Assembly (NCBI RefSeq): GCF_036321535.1
Contig: NC_087436.1
Span: 36,520,001 to 36,584,000 of the forward strand
Direction of reading: 5' to 3'
Origin: Camelus dromedarius
Taxonomy: Eukaryota
Length of the DNA stretch: 64,000 bases
The notes under the pieces are model-generated. The model did not search any database. It saw only the letters and a program-made list of their open reading frames with translations, and was not told the DNA's origin. Below are positions 14,701 to 29,500 of the stretch, piece after piece. The stretch's first letter is position 1. Each line of letters opens with the position of its first letter. The position numbers and the translations under genes were made by a program.

Positions 14701-17700
14701 ATAAATGGGCTAAATGTACCAATCAAAAGACACAGAGTGGCTGAATGAATACAAAATAAGACCTGTTTATACGCTGCTTACAGGAGATTCACTTCAGATC
14801 TAAAGATACACACTACAGACCGAAAGTGATAGAAAACGGCATTTTGTGAAAGAAAACAGAAATCAAAAGGAAGCCAGGGTAGCAGTATTTCTATCAGACA
14901 AAATTTACTTTATAATATAAGACTATCACAGGTGACAAAGAAGGACACTAAATAATGATCAAGGGACCTATCCAAGAAGAAGGTATAACAATTGTATATA
15001 TATATCCATCCTAACTGGGAGCACTTAAATACATAAAGCAAATACTAACAAATATAAAAGGAGAAAATAACAGTATCACAATAATAGTAGGAGACTTTAA
15101 CACCTCTCTTACATGAATGGACAGATCATTCAGACAGAAAATCAATAAGCAAACACTGGTCTTAAACGACATTAGACCAAATGGATTTAATATATGTAAA
15201 CAGAACATCCCATCTAAAAGCAGCAGAATACATATTCTTTCAAATGCACATGGGCATTTCCAAAACAGATCACATGCTAAGCCACAAAACAAGCATAAGT
15301 AAATTTAAGAAACTGAAATTATATCAAACATCTTTTCCGACCATAATGCTATGAAACTAGAAATCAACTACAAGAAGCTGCAAAAAACACACACATGAAG
15401 GTTAAACATTATGCTACTAAACAACAAATAGGCCACTGAAGAAATTAAAGAGGAAATAAAAAATTACCTCGATACAAATGAAAACAAAAACATGATCCAA
15501 AACCCATAGGTTTACATCCCATAGGATGCAGCTTAAGCAGTTGTAAGAAGGAATTTTACAGTGATACAAGCTTACATCAGGAAACAAGAAAAATCTCAAA
15601 TAAACAATCTAAACTTACACCTAAAAGAAGTAAAGAAAGAAGAATGAACAAAATTCAAAGTTAGTAGAAGGAAAGAAGCCAGAAATGAATGAAATAGAGA
15701 CTAAGAAAAAAAAAAAAAAAGAGAAAAGATCAATGAAATGAAAAGCTGGCTCTCTGAAAAGATAAACAAAATTGACAATCCTTTAACCAGACTCACCAAG
15801 AAAAAAGGGGAGATGGCCCAAATCAATAAAATCAGAAATAAAAAGAAGTTACAACCAACACGACAGAAATACAAAAGATCATAAGGGACTACCACAAACA
15901 ACTAAATGCCAATAAAAAGGACAATCTAGAAGAAATGGACAAATTCTTGTAAATGTACAATCTCTCAAGACTGAACCAGGCAGAAACAGAAAATATAAAT
16001 AGACCAACTACCAGTAATGAAACTGAATCAGTAATTTAAAACCTCCCAACAGACAAAAGTCCAGGAACAGATGACTTCAGAAGAGAATTCTACCAAAAAT
16101 TTAGATAAGAGTCAACACCTATCCTTCTCAAGCTATTCTGAAAAATTGGAGAGGAAGGAACACTTCTGAACTCATTCTATGAGGCCAGCATTACCCTGAT
16201 AACAAAACCAAATATATCTCAAAAAAAGGAAATTACAGGCCAGAATCACTAATGAACATGGATGCAAAAAACCTCAACAAAGTATCAGCAAACTGAATCA
16301 AACAGTATATTAAAAGGATCATACAACCTTGATCAAATGGGATTTTACAGGGATACAAGGATGGTTCAATATCCACAAATCAATCCATGTGATACACTAC
16401 GTTAACGAATTGAAGAATAAAAATAACATGATCATCACAATAGCTTCAAAAAACCCTTTTTGACAAAATTCAATATACATTTATAACACACACTCTCAAC
16501 ATAATGAGTGTAGATGGGACATACCTCAACATAATAAAGGCCATTTAAGACAAACCCACAGCCAACAACACAACAGTGAAAAGCTGAAAGCATTTCCTTT
16601 GAGATCAGGAACAAGACAAGGATGCTCACTCTTGCTACTTTTATTCAATATAGTATTGGAACTCCTAGCAACAGCAATTAGACAATAAATAAAAATTTTC
16701 CAAATTAGAAAGGAAGAAGCAAAACTCACTGCTTGCAGGTGAAATGATACTACACATAGAAAATCCTAAAGACACGACCAGAAAACTACTAGAGCTCATC
16801 AATGATTTCAGCCAAGTTGCAGGATACAAAATTAACTTACAGAAATTGATTGCATTTCTATACAGTATCATGAAACTATCAGAAAGAAAAATTAAGGAAA
16901 CAATCCCACTTATCATTTGCATCAAAAAGAATAATATATCTAAGCTCACAGTGAAAAAGAATGCGACAATGAATATATGTATGTTCATGTATAACTGAAA
17001 AATTGTGCTCTACATTGGAAATTGACACATTGTAAACTGACTATAACTCAACAAAAATATGTAAAAAAAAACCAAAACAGAATAATATATCTAGGAATAA
17101 ACTTACTTAAAGAGGTGAAAGACCTGTATTTGGAAAGCTATGAGACACTGATGAAAGAAACTGAAGATGACACAAACAAATGGAAAGATATACTATGTTC
17201 TTGGACTGGGAGAATTAGTATTGTTAAAATGAACATAATACCCAAGGCAATCTGCAGATTCAGTACAATCTCTATCAAAATACCAATGGCATTTTTCACA
17301 GAAGAAACAATTTTAAAATGTTTATGGAAACACAAAAGACCCCAAAGAGCCAAAACAATCTTGAGAAAGAACAGGTTGGAGGAGTCAACACTCCTTGACT
17401 TCATACCACAAAGCTACAGTCATCAAAACAGTATGGTACTGGCACACACAAAAAAGACATATATCAATGGAACAGGACAAAGAGCCTAAAAATTAACCCA
17501 CAACTTTATGGCTAACCTGTGACAAAGAAGGAAACAATACACAATGGAGAAAAAAATAGTCTCTTCAACAAACTGTTGGGAAAACTGGACAGCTACATGT
17601 AAAAGAATGAAACTAGAACATTCTCTAACATCATATACAAAAATAAACTCAAAATGGGATAAAGAACTAAATGTAAGACCAGAAACCATAAAACTACAGG

Positions 17701-18870
17701 AAAAACACAGGTAGAACACTCTCTAATGTACACTGTAGTAATTTTTTTTTTAATCTGCCTCCCTAAGTAAAGGAAATAAAAGGAAAAATAAACAAATGGG
17801 ACTTAATTAAACTCAAAAGCTTTTTCACACCAAAGGAAATGATTTACAAAATGAAAAGACAATCTACATAATGGGAGAAAATATTTGCAAATGATCTGAC
17901 TGATAAAGTGTTAATATCCAAAATCTATTAACAGCTCATCCAACTCAACATCAAAAAACAAACAACTCAACTAAAAAATGAGCAGAAGAACTAAACAGAC
18001 ATTTTTTCTAAAGAGAATATGCACATGGCCAACAGACACATGAAAAGATGCTCAACATTGCTAATCATCAGGGAAATGCAAATCAAAACCACAATGTGCT
18101 ATTATCCCACACCTGTCAAAATGGCTATCATCAAAAAGAAGACAATTAACAAATGTTGGTGAGGATGCTGAGAAAAGGGAACCCTCATAAACTGTTGATG
18201 GGAATGTAAATTGGTGCAGCCACTGCAGAAAACAGTTTGGAGGTATGCACCCCAATGCCACTCTTGTGTATATATATGAAAAAAACACAAAAATACTAAT
18301 TCAAAAACATACACACCCCCCAATGTTAACAGCAGTATTATTTATAATTGCCAAGATACAGAAGCAACCTAAATGGCCATCAATAGATGAATGGATAAAG
18401 AAAATGTGGCATGTATATATATATATAATGGAATATTACTCAGCAATAAAAAAGAATGATATTTGCTGTTTGTAACAACATGGACAGATCTGGAAGGTAC
18501 TATGTTAAGTGAAATAAGTCAGAAAAAGACAAAAACTGTATAATATCACTTATATGTGGAGTCTAAAAAATAAAACAAACTAGGAAATAAAACAAAAAAG
18601 GAGACTGATAGATATAGAGAACAAACTAGTGGTTACCAGTGGGGAGAGGGAAGTGGGGGAAGGGCAATACAGAGGCAGGGGATTAAGAGATACAACTATT
18701 ATGTATAAAATAAGCTTCAAGGATATAGTATATAACACAGAGAATGTAGCCATATATTGTATAATAACTGTAAGTGGAGCATAACCCTTACAAATTGTGA
18801 CTCATCATATTTTACACATGTAACATATAATACTATACATCAATTATACTTCAATAAAAATAAATTTTTT
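11731..18870 (+). mobile_element. Near full-length (~7.1 kb) dead LINE-1 inserted into an older L1MC-type 3' fragment (~11590-11720 and ~18870-19320)
   Basis: GC-richer 5'UTR to ~13310; ORF1 from ATG 13318 (NMFQMKEQDK...); ORF2 from ATG 14662 (MAIRTHISVITVSINGLN); EN, RT and C-terminal remnants with many stops and frameshifts; 3'UTR ending caataaaaataaa; degenerate TSD aagtaaataa/aagtaagtaa. Confidence 0.93.
16943..17078 (+). mobile_element. 136-bp young L1 3'-tail insertion nested in ORF2 of the full-length L1
   Basis: Perfect 15-bp TSD agaataatatatcta at 16928-16942 and 17079-17093; body matches 21471-21600. Confidence 0.9.
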
Positions 18871-19746
18871 AAGTAAGTAAGAAATTGTGTTGGTATCAAT
18901 AGGAATCAAGATTTTAGTGTGAGAGAAACTAGATTCAAATGTAAGATTTAAGAGTTTAAACTAAAAACCCAGTAGACCTGAATGTGAAATGGAACTATCA
19001 ATGTGAACTAAATATATTATTTTATCTTAAATTAATATAATTATTTCCAAGCTCTTTTCTCTAGAAAGGCCTAAGGAAAAATAACCAACTCATGAATAGG
19101 TACCCTTAGCATCCAGATTATGGTTTCTAAACATGACTTTCCATGAAAAATGAGGCTTCTTGAGAGAAATGGCCAATTCCATGATTGGGGCAACAAATGC
19201 ACAAGATGAGGCAAGAACATTGTCATAAGAGAAAGAAAGAAAGCCAACAAAGACTACTGGGATATAGACTATAGGAATTGCCTATATCAAAAGATATAGG
19301 CACCAACATGACAATGCTACATGAGACAAGGACACTACTCACAACTTCAATTCACACTGAACTGGAAAATCATAGCCAGTGGGGAAAAAAAGAAAATGAA
19401 ATTAGATAATAAATATTGGGACTGAATAAACTTTTTGTTATTCACATATGACATAACTGTGTATGAAGAAAATCCAAAAAGCTATACACATTAAGTCAAT
19501 CAATTTAAGAAGGTCACTGGCTATAAAGCCAATCTTAAAAGGTCACTGTATGCCTATATACCAGCAACAAATAAATAGAAAATAAAATATACAAAATGAT
19601 ACTACTTAAATTAGCATCAGAAACACCAACTTGCAGAAAAATACTAAGATATGTTTAGCAAAGGCTTCCATTGGTGAAAGAGAACTTAAACTTAGATGCA
19701 ATTAGTTTCATGGGTTTTGAACAACTTTAGAAGTAGAGGTTTAAAA

Positions 19747-21601
19747 ATAGCACACAAGTAATAAAATATCTAGGAATAAATCTAACCAAGGAGGTGAAAG
19801 ACTTATACATGGAAAACTATACACCACTGATGAAGGATATTAAAGAAGACTTTAAAAAATGGAAAGATATTCCATATTCCTTGATTGGAGGAATTAGTAT
19901 TGTTAAAATGGTCACAGTTCCCAAGGCAATCTACAGATTTAATGCAATCCCTAACAAATTACCCACGACATATTTCACAGAACTAGAACAGATCATAACA
20001 AAATTTATATGGAACCACAAAAGACCTAGAATTGCCAAAGCATTACTGAAGAAGAAGAAAGAGGCGGGAGGAATAACTCTCTCAGACTTCAGACAATACT
20101 ACAGAGCTACAGTCATCAAGACAGCATGGTATTGGTACAAAAACAGACATATGGACCAATGGAACAGAACAGAGAGCCCAGAAATGAACCCACAAACTTT
20201 TGGTCAACTCATCTTTGACAAAGGAGGCAAGAATATACAATGGAATAAAGATAGCCTCTTCAGCAAATGGTGTTGGGAAAACTGGACAGCAACATGTAAA
20301 GAAATGAAGCTAGAACACTCCCTTAAACCATACACAAAAATAAACTCAAAATGGATCAAAGACTTAAACATAAGACAAGATACAATAAACCTCCTAGAAG
20401 AAAATATAGGCAAAACATTATCTGACATACATCTCAAAAATGTTCTCCTAGGGCAGTCTATCCAAGCAACAGAAATAAAAGCAAGAATAAACAAACGGGA
20501 CCTAATCAAACTTACAAGCTTCTGCACAGCAAAGGAAACCATAAGCAAAACAAAGTGACAACCTATGGAATGGGAGAAAATTTTTGCAAACAATGAAACT
20601 GACAAAGGCTTGATTTCCAGAATATATGACTTAATAAGAAAAAAACAAACAACCCAATCCAAAAATGGGCAGAAGACCTAAACAAGCAATTCTCCAAGGA
20701 AGACATACAAATGATCAATAGGCACATGAAAAAAATGTTCAGTATCACTAATTATCAGAGAAATGCAAATCAAAACTACAATGAGGTTATCACCTCACAC
20801 CAGCCAGAATGGCCATCATTCAAAAGTCCACAAATGACAAATGCTGGAGAGGCTGTGGAGAAAAGGCAACCCTCCTACACTGCTGGTGGGAATGCAGTTT
20901 GGTGCAACCACTTTGGAAAACAGTATGCAGATACCTCAAAAGACTAGGAATAGACTTACCATATGACCCAGGAATCCCGCTCCTGGGCATATATCCAGAA
21001 GGAACCCTACTTCAAAAAGACGCCTGTACCCCAATGTTCATAGCAGCACTATTTACAATAGCCAAGACATGGAAACAGCCTAAATATCTATCGGCAGATG
21101 ACTGGATAAAGAAGATGTGCTATATTTATACAATAGAATACTATTCAGCCATAAAAACCGACAACATAATGCCATTTGCAGTAACATGGACGTCCCTGGA
21201 GAATATCATTGTAAGTGAAGTAAGCCAGAAAGAGAAAGAAAAATACCATATGAGATCACTCATATGTGGAATCTAAAAAAAAAAAATGAACATAAATACA
21301 AAACAGAAACAGACTCACAGAGATAGAATACAAACCTGTGGTTGCCAAGGGGGCGTGGGGTGGGAAGGACAGACTTGGATTTCAAAATTTGTATACGGAC
21401 AGGAATATGCAGAATAGATAAACAAGATTATACTGTATAGCACAGGGAAATATATACAAGATCTTGTGGTAGCTCATAGCGAAAAAAAAATGTAACAACG
21501 AATATATGTATGCTCATGTGTAACTGAAAAATTGTGCTCTACACTGGAATTTGACTTAACAGTGTAAAATGACTATAACTCAATAAAAAATCTTTAAAAA
21601 A
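19747..21601 (+). mobile_element. Young 5'-truncated LINE-1 (ORF2 C-terminus, 3'UTR, A-rich tail)
   Basis: ORFs 19794-20558 and 20809-21276 are L1 ORF2 ([27 protein letters not shown]...HCWWEC); perfect 16-bp TSD aagtagaggtttaaaa at 19731-19746 and 21602-21617. Confidence 0.96.
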
Positions 21602-23121
21602 AAGTAGAGGTTTAAAAGTCTAAATTTAGAAGTTTGCTTTTCTTCAAGCAAAATATATTGCATAACCCCAAATACATAATTGGTCCTTGTGTCAGTCAAA
21701 AGCAAAATACTCATGAATGTGAAGAGCCATGAGAAGATGAAAAATTTTGTATTTTCAAAGTCAATTCACTATCAAAGAGAGGCAAACTAATAAAGACTGG
21801 AAATTCACTATAGGAGGAAACAACCCAGAAAAGAGACCTAAAAGATTTAAGCAGGAAAACACTAATTTAGAGAAATAAGGAATAAACATCTGATTGATGG
21901 AAACAGAACTTATTAATAGTATATTTATGTTGATCCACATAAAATTACACATATTTGATCATTTTTAACCTACCTCTCCTCCTAAAATGGCAATTTCACA
22001 TGCTTCAACCTATTAATAAGTATAGAATCTAGTCTAATCTGGAAAGACATACATGTCTTCAATGTTCATCAACTAAACCCTATCATACTTTTAGAACAGA
22101 CAAAAAACAAACCCTCCTAACAAAAATACCTACATTAGTCTCATCAGAGATTATAATAGTTTATTTGGGTTGAAGTGAGACTTCTTAATTTAATAAAAAT
22201 CCTAGGTAAGAGGGGCAAAGTTTGAGAGCTAATGTTTAATTCATCTGTGGTTGAAATTAAGGAAGAGACTGAAGAAGCTAAAGTATGGTACTCACAATTT
22301 CACTAAAGATATATATCCTAACTAAAGAATAACTAAACTTTCTCTTTTCACCTAATCACTGTATAAACAAATACAAATATAAAGCTAAATAATCTTTCAT
22401 TGATCTATTATTAGAAATCCCTACTAATCTAAATTATAAAGAGTAACATTTGGAGGATCTACAGAATACCTGAAAATGGGCAATCTTTTTTAAAGTATTT
22501 ATGATAATCCTCTATTAATCAGAATAACTAATTTATCAAATTATTCCCTAACATGGTTAATATTTTTCTGCTTTTTTATGTGCAATTTGCATTCATGAGA
22601 TTCTCTGACATGAGAAATGATGTTTTTTTCCCCCACTATGGTTAATGACAAATATCAGGCATTCAGATGCCTGTTGATTTAATCAACAAATTAGTAGGAA
22701 TTATTATTTGTATTCTTGGACTCCAATTACTAATTAAAAAAAGAAACTTGAGTGAAATACCAGGACACAACGTTGAATATCTTTGCTGAACAAAGAACTT
22801 TTAAAACAAAAAATTAAAAGAAAATGAATTTTCTTTTAAGTTACAAAAAGGATAATGGCTTTATAATTTCTATAAAAATAAATGCAAAATGGCTACATAA
22901 TGAAGCAAGTAATTGTTTTTTCAAAAAATAAAAAAATTAAAACCCTAACATTTCAAGGTAAATTAACATGAATATTTATAAATTTGCTGCAATCTCTGGA
23001 CATTGCTGCTGCAAGACTCTGTGATTTTTAAAGCTGAAAACCATCAATATTTAAAAAGCATTTTTAGTAGTCAAAACACACGAAAAAAAAAGATTTTTAA
23101 TATGACAATGGATTGCTTAAT

Positions 23122-23235
23122 TCACATACTAAATTGCTCTATACAGGGAGATTTCACAATCCAGGAGCCATAGCCATGTTGCTGTAAGTAGGATTTCAAC
23201 AAAGTTTTAGCTTCTTGATAGGATCCAGACATACG
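23122..23235 (-). CDS. ADAD1: ADAD1 terminal coding exon (stop TGA 23124-23122)
   Basis: [41 protein letters not shown]-like C-terminus YQ.AK...G.G.W..K; acceptor ttctatAG; 114 nt. Confidence 0.96.
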   Translation of the reverse strand, partial: RMSGSYQEAKTLLKSYLQQHGYGSWIVKSPCIEQFSM

Positions 23236-23589
23236 CTATAGAAAGAAAAAATACTGAATTATAGTACATAGGCAGAATTTGGCTTATGAAAAATAAGTAG
23301 CCCTAATCTTCTTTCTTTAGTTTGACATTTTAAAAATTAATAAAAATCTTTTTGAATTCCCATTGGTTTCCTCAGTATTATTTTTGAAACTAAAAAATTC
23401 CCTTCCCCAAAACTAAAAGGTAATTTTTCTTTTTTTAAACATTTTTAAATTAAGAGTAATCAGACTCATTACAGAAAACTTGAAAAATAGAGAAAATACA
23501 AAGAAGTAAATAAAAATCACTTGCAATCCCCAAACTACAGATAATCATTATTAATATTTTTATTTCCTCTCATTTTTAAAATAAATAAA

Positions 23590-26500
23590 CATCAAAAAAC
23601 CGAGCTTTATTTAGGTATAATTTGTATACCATAAATACACCCACTGGTAAGTATTCAGTCTGATGTTGTTTTACTAAATTTATATGGATGTGCAACCATC
23701 AACAGCCCAGTTGTAAAACAATTCCATCACCCGCAAAAAGTTCCACTGTACTCATACACAGTCAGTCTGTAATTATGGATTGTGCTTTTTGTGTCACACC
23801 TAAAAAAAATTTGTCTAACCTCAGAATACAAATATCTCCTCACATCTTCTTTGGAAAATATAGTTTTTAGCTCTTTTAGATCTATGATCCATTTGAGGGA
23901 TTTTTTTTTTTTTTTTTTTTTTTTGTGAATGAGTAAGTCTAAGTTAATTTTTTAGCTTGCTCACTGACCTCTAACTATTCCAGCACCGTATGTTGAAAAG
24001 ACTTATTTATCCCATTAAATTATCTTGGCACCTTTGTACAAAATCAACTGACCATAAGTATGTGAGCTTATTTCTGAACTCTTATTTTGTTCCATTGATC
24101 TATATGTCTATCATTACATTAATATGTTGTCTTGATTACTGTGGCTTTACAATAAGTTGTTGAAACTAGGTAGGGTAGCTTTACCAATTCTGTTCTTTTT
24201 AAAAATTGTTTTGGTTCTTCTGTGTTTTGGATTTTACATATTGACTTTAGAATCAGTTCTACACAAAAGTTTACAGGGATTTTGACAGTTTGCATTGAAT
24301 CCATACATTAATTAGGAAAGAAATGACATTCTAAAAGTATTAAGTTCCAGTCTAATAAATTGGTATATCTCTATTTAGGTATTCTTCAATTTCTCTCAGC
24401 AATGTTTGATCATTTTTGTACAGGCCTTATACTTCTTTTGTCAAATTTATTCCTAAATTTATTTTTATGCTCTTATAGATGAATCTGTTATCCCAATTTT
24501 AATTTTGGTGTGCTCATTCACAGTATATAGATATACTACTCAGTTTCCTACACTGTTCTTATACCATGTGCTAAATTCACGCATGATATAGTTGTTTGTT
24601 TCTGGTGATTCCATAGGATATTTTACATACAAGATCATTTAGAAATAAGAAGAGTTTTTCTACTTCCTTTCCATTCTAGACGCCTTTTATTTCTTTTCCT
24701 TGCCTTGCTGCACTGGCTAGGACTTATGGAACAATGTTGACTAGAAGTGTTGAGAACAGACTTTCTTTCTTCCCAACCTTGAGAGGTAGGGAAAAGAGTA
24801 TTCAGCCTTTCAGCATTAAGTGTCATGTCAACAGTAGGTTTTCACTGATGTCTTTTATGCAATTTAGGAAGTTCACTTCTATTTCTTATTTGTTCAGTGT
24901 TTTTATTGGGAATAGGTGTTGGAGCTTGTCAAATGCATTTCACACATCTACTGAGGTTAAGTACGTGGGTTTTGAACTTGAATATATTCACATAATGTAT
25001 TATATCATAGAATTTTCTTTTTTTCTTTTATATTTATTTTTTATGTTTTTAATTGAAATAGTCAATTTACAATGCTGTGCTAGTCTCCAGTATATAGCAT
25101 AGTGATTTAGTTATACACACACACAAACATATTTTTTCATATTCTTTTTTATTATAGGTTACTACAAGAAACTGAAAATATTTCCGTGTGCTATGCAGTA
25201 GGAACTTGTTGTTTATCTATTTTATATATAGTAGTTAGTATCTGTGAATCCCAAACTCCCAATTTATCCCTCCCCAACTTTCCCCGCTCCAGTAACCATA
25301 ACTTTGTTTTCTATGTCTGTGAGTCTGTTTCTGTTCTGTAAATAATTTCGTGTGTGTTTTTATTTAGATTCCAAATATGAGTGATATCATGTGGTATTTT
25401 TCTTTCTCTTTTTGGCTTACTTCACTTAGTATGATAATCTCCAGGGCCATCCATGTTGCTGCAAATGGCATTATTTTATTCTTTTTTATGGATGAGTAGT
25501 AGTATTCCATTGGATATATTACACAACTATTTTATCCAGTCATCTGTTGATGGACATTTAGGTGTTTCTATGTCTTGGCTATTGTCAACAGTGCTGCTAT
25601 GAATACTGGAGTGCATGTATCTTTTCGAATTATTAAAGTTCCCTCTGGATATATGCCCAGGAGCGGGATGGCTGGATCATATGGTAAGTCTATTTTCAGT
25701 TTTTTGTCCTCTCTCCTTATTTTGTTTTGATTTGCTTTTCTTCTTCTAACTTCTTTAGATGAACGCTTAAATAACTGATTTTATGATTCTTTCTTTCTAA
25801 TATATTTAAAGCTATGCATTTCTAAGCACTTATTTGATTATAGTCCCTAAATTTTAATATGCTATATTTTCATTTTCATCCCAGATATTTCTCACTTTCC
25901 CTTATAATTTCTTCTTTGACTCATGGGTCAGAGGTTATGTTGCTTAATTTCCAAATGTATATTTTCACATTTCATTCTGTTGTTGATTTCTAATTTAATT
26001 CCATAGTGATTAGAACATATTTTGTATGACTTTAATCCTTTTAAACTTATTGAGACTTGCTTTATGGCCAAATGATCTATAGTGGAGAATGCTCCATGTA
26101 TATTTGAAAAGAATGTATATTCTGCTGTTCTGTGGAGTACAGAGTGTTTGGTTTGGCTGGTCTGTGTTATTTAAGCCTTCTATATTCTTATTTTCTGTCT
26201 AGTACTACTATCAATTAATGAAAGAGGAATATTAAAACCTCCAACTATAATTGTAGAATTGTCGATTTCACAATTTACCAAATGCTGCCAGTTTCTGTTT
26301 ATGTATTTTGGGGTTCTGTTGTTATACTCATACACATATACAATTGTTGTATGTTCCTCATGTACTAACCTTTTACCACTGTGTTTTGTCTCTAGTAATA
26401 TTTCTCATCTTGATGTGTATTTGTTTGATATTAATATAAACACTCCAGCTGTCTTATTGCTACTGTTTGCATGGTATATCTTTTTTTATCCTTTTACTTT

Positions 26501-29500
26501 CAATCTATTTGTGTCTTTGAATTTAATATGTCTCTTGCAGACAGCATATAGTTGGATCTTGTTTTTCTGCCCAACCTGACAATCTGTCTTTTTTTTGGAG
26601 CATTTGGAATATTCAAATTTAATGTAGTTATTGATACAGTGGATTTATGTCTGTCATTTCACTATTTTCAAAGTCTGTGCCCATTATTTCTCTTCTTTAC
26701 TGCTTTTTTGTCTTTTTTAAAATGCATTTTTAGTACCTCATTTTATTTCCTCTGTTGATATTTTATCTAGTTTCTAGTTATTTTCTTCATGGTTACTTTA
26801 GGAATTACAACATGCCTCTTTATCTTACCATAATCTACTTTAGATTCATACTGACTTAATCCTGGTAAAATATAGCAACTTATTTCAATATCGATTAATT
26901 TCTTTCTCTGTGCTTTATTATTGAGCACAGAGAATATTATAATATTCCTGCTATATGTAAAAAAATTCAGTAATAAAGTGTTAAAATAATTTTATGCAAT
27001 TTTGTTTTTAAAGAAAATAAGACAAACATACACGCATGTATCTTTTATATCTACCCACATAATTACTGTTTTCAGTATTCTTTCTTTTCTGTAGATTTGT
27101 TATTGTCTGGTATAATTTTTTCCAAGCCTCAAGGATTTCCTTTGGAATTCCTTTTAGAGAAGTTCTGCTAACAAATTTTCTTAACTTTTGTCTACCTGGC
27201 AATGTTTTTACTTTGCTTTTATTTCTGAAGGATTATTTTGCTGGGTATAGAATTTCTGGTTGCCAAGTTTTTTCTTTCACACCTGAACATGTCATTTAAC
27301 TGCATCCTGGTCTCTATTCTTTTCCAATAGCTTTGTTGAGATATAATCCATGTATCATAAACTTCACCCTTCTGAAGTGTGTAATTCAGTGGCTTTTACT
27401 ATATTCACAAAGTTATACAATTATGACTACTAATTCCAGAACATTTCCATCACCCCTAAAAGGAATTCTGTATTCATTAGCAGTCAACCCTCATTTTCTC
27501 CTCCCCACCTCCCTGGAAACTACTAATCTACTTTATGTCTCTATGAATTTGTCTATTCTGGACATATAGTTCATATAAATGGAATCATATATGCAGCTTT
27601 TTCTGTGTGTCTGGCTTCTTTCACTTAACATAATGATTTCAAAGGTAATCCATATTGTAGAATACATCAGTACTTCAGAGTTCCTTTTATGAATAAATGG
27701 TAGTCCACAATATTGATATGCCATGTTTTGTTTATCCATTTATCAGCTGATGAACATTTGGATTGTTTCTACCTTTTCTGTGTTATGAATACTTTTATGA
27801 ACATTTATGTATCAGCTTTGGTATGGATAGGTGTTTTCAATTATTTTATGTGTATATATACCCAGGAGTGAAATTCCTGGGTTACATGATAACTCTATAT
27901 TTAACTTTTTTGAGGAACTGTTAAATTACTTTTCAAAGCAGCTGCACCAATTTACATTTCTGCCAGAAATGTGTGATAGCTCCAACTTTTTTTCCCACGT
28001 TCTTGACACTTGTTAATGTCATTCTTTAATATAGCCATATCCTAATGTGTGTAAAATAGTGTATCATTAAGGTCTTCAGCCACATTTCTCTAATGACTGA
28101 CAATGTTGAACATCCTTCCATATGCTTATTGATCATTTTAAAATCTGCTTTGTAGAAAAGTCTATTCAAATCCTTTGCTAATTTAAAAAATTGGTCTTCT
28201 GTCTATTTATTATTATGTTGCAAAAGCTTTTTGTATATTCTGGATTCAAGTCCCTTATTAAATAAATGATTTGCAAATATTTTCTCCCAGTGTGTGCCTT
28301 GCCATTTCATTTTATTTTTGAAATGCAAAAGTTTTAATTTTAATGAAATTTAAAATATTTTTTTCTCTTATGGATTGTTTTTGTTATCACATTTAAGAAA
28401 TTTTTTAACTTAGGAATGCAAGTATTTTCTCGTATGTTTTCTCCTGAGTTTTATAATTTCAGTTCTTACATAGCTCTATCCATTTTGAGTTAATTTTTGT
28501 ATATGGGATGAGGTAGAGGTCTAAGTCCAATCTTTTCCATGGAGATATCCAGTTGTCCTAGGACTCTACTGAAAAGACTATTTTTCCCACTTAATGATCT
28601 TGGCACTCTTGCTAAGAATCAACTCATCATAAATGCCAGGGGTTATTTCTGGACTGTCAATTATATTCCATTGATCTGTATGTTTGTACTAATACTAGTA
28701 TTATACTGTCTTGATTATTATGGCTTTGTAGTATGTTTTGAAACCAGAAGTATGAATTCTCCAACTTTGTTCTTTTTCAAGATTGTTTTGGCTATTTTAA
28801 GTTGGCTTCCAATATTGCTAATGAGAAATCAGCCTTTAAATGTATGGTCTATGGTTGATAACTATTTTCTCTCTTGCTGCTTTCAAGATTTTGTCTTCAT
28901 CTAAAGTAGTTTGACTGTAATGTAGCTGGGTGTGAATCTTTACCTTTTTCTTGGGGTTTCCTGAGCTTCTTGGATCTATTAATGTTTTTCACCAAATACG
29001 AAGTTTTTTTCAGTCATTTCTTCAAATATTTTTCCCAACCCCTTGTCTCTCTTTTTCCTCTAGGATTCCTAGTATACAGAAGTGGGTACACTTAATACTG
29101 TTCCACAAATCTCTGAAGCTCTGTTCATTCTTCTTTAATCTGTTTTCATTCTGTCCTTTAAAATAACTTATTTTGATCTATCTTCAAGGTCCACTGATAT
29201 TTTTATGCAATCACAAACGTACTGTTAGCCCATCTAGAGAAGTATTCACTTTAGTTATTAAATGTTTCAATTTTAGAATAGTCACTGAAACATTGTCATA
29301 CTTTGTTTTCATTCTTTGAATACAGTTATAATAGCTGCTCTGAAGACTTTGCTATATTCAACATTTGGATCTACTCAGAACCAGTTTCTATTGAATGTTA
29401 CTTTTCCTGAGTACAGGTTTTACTTTTCTGTTTTTTACATATTTTTTTTTGTTGAAATGTCGACTTCTTAGATAATATATTGTTGCAACTCTGAATTGCT

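Noticed and set aside
11731..18870. Full-length L1 as an active element
   Set aside because: Stop at ORF1 codon 3, many frameshifts, the RT FADDM motif decayed to LAGEM, and a nested insertion in ORF2.
19794..21276. Longest ORFs in the window (254 and 155 aa) as a novel gene
   Set aside because: They are L1 ORF2 C-terminal fragments inside a TSD-bounded, 5'-truncated insertion.
1..23000. IL2, the gene downstream of ADAD1 in human
   Set aside because: No IL2 exon or its AU-rich 3'UTR is recognisable here; if synteny holds it lies beyond the left edge.
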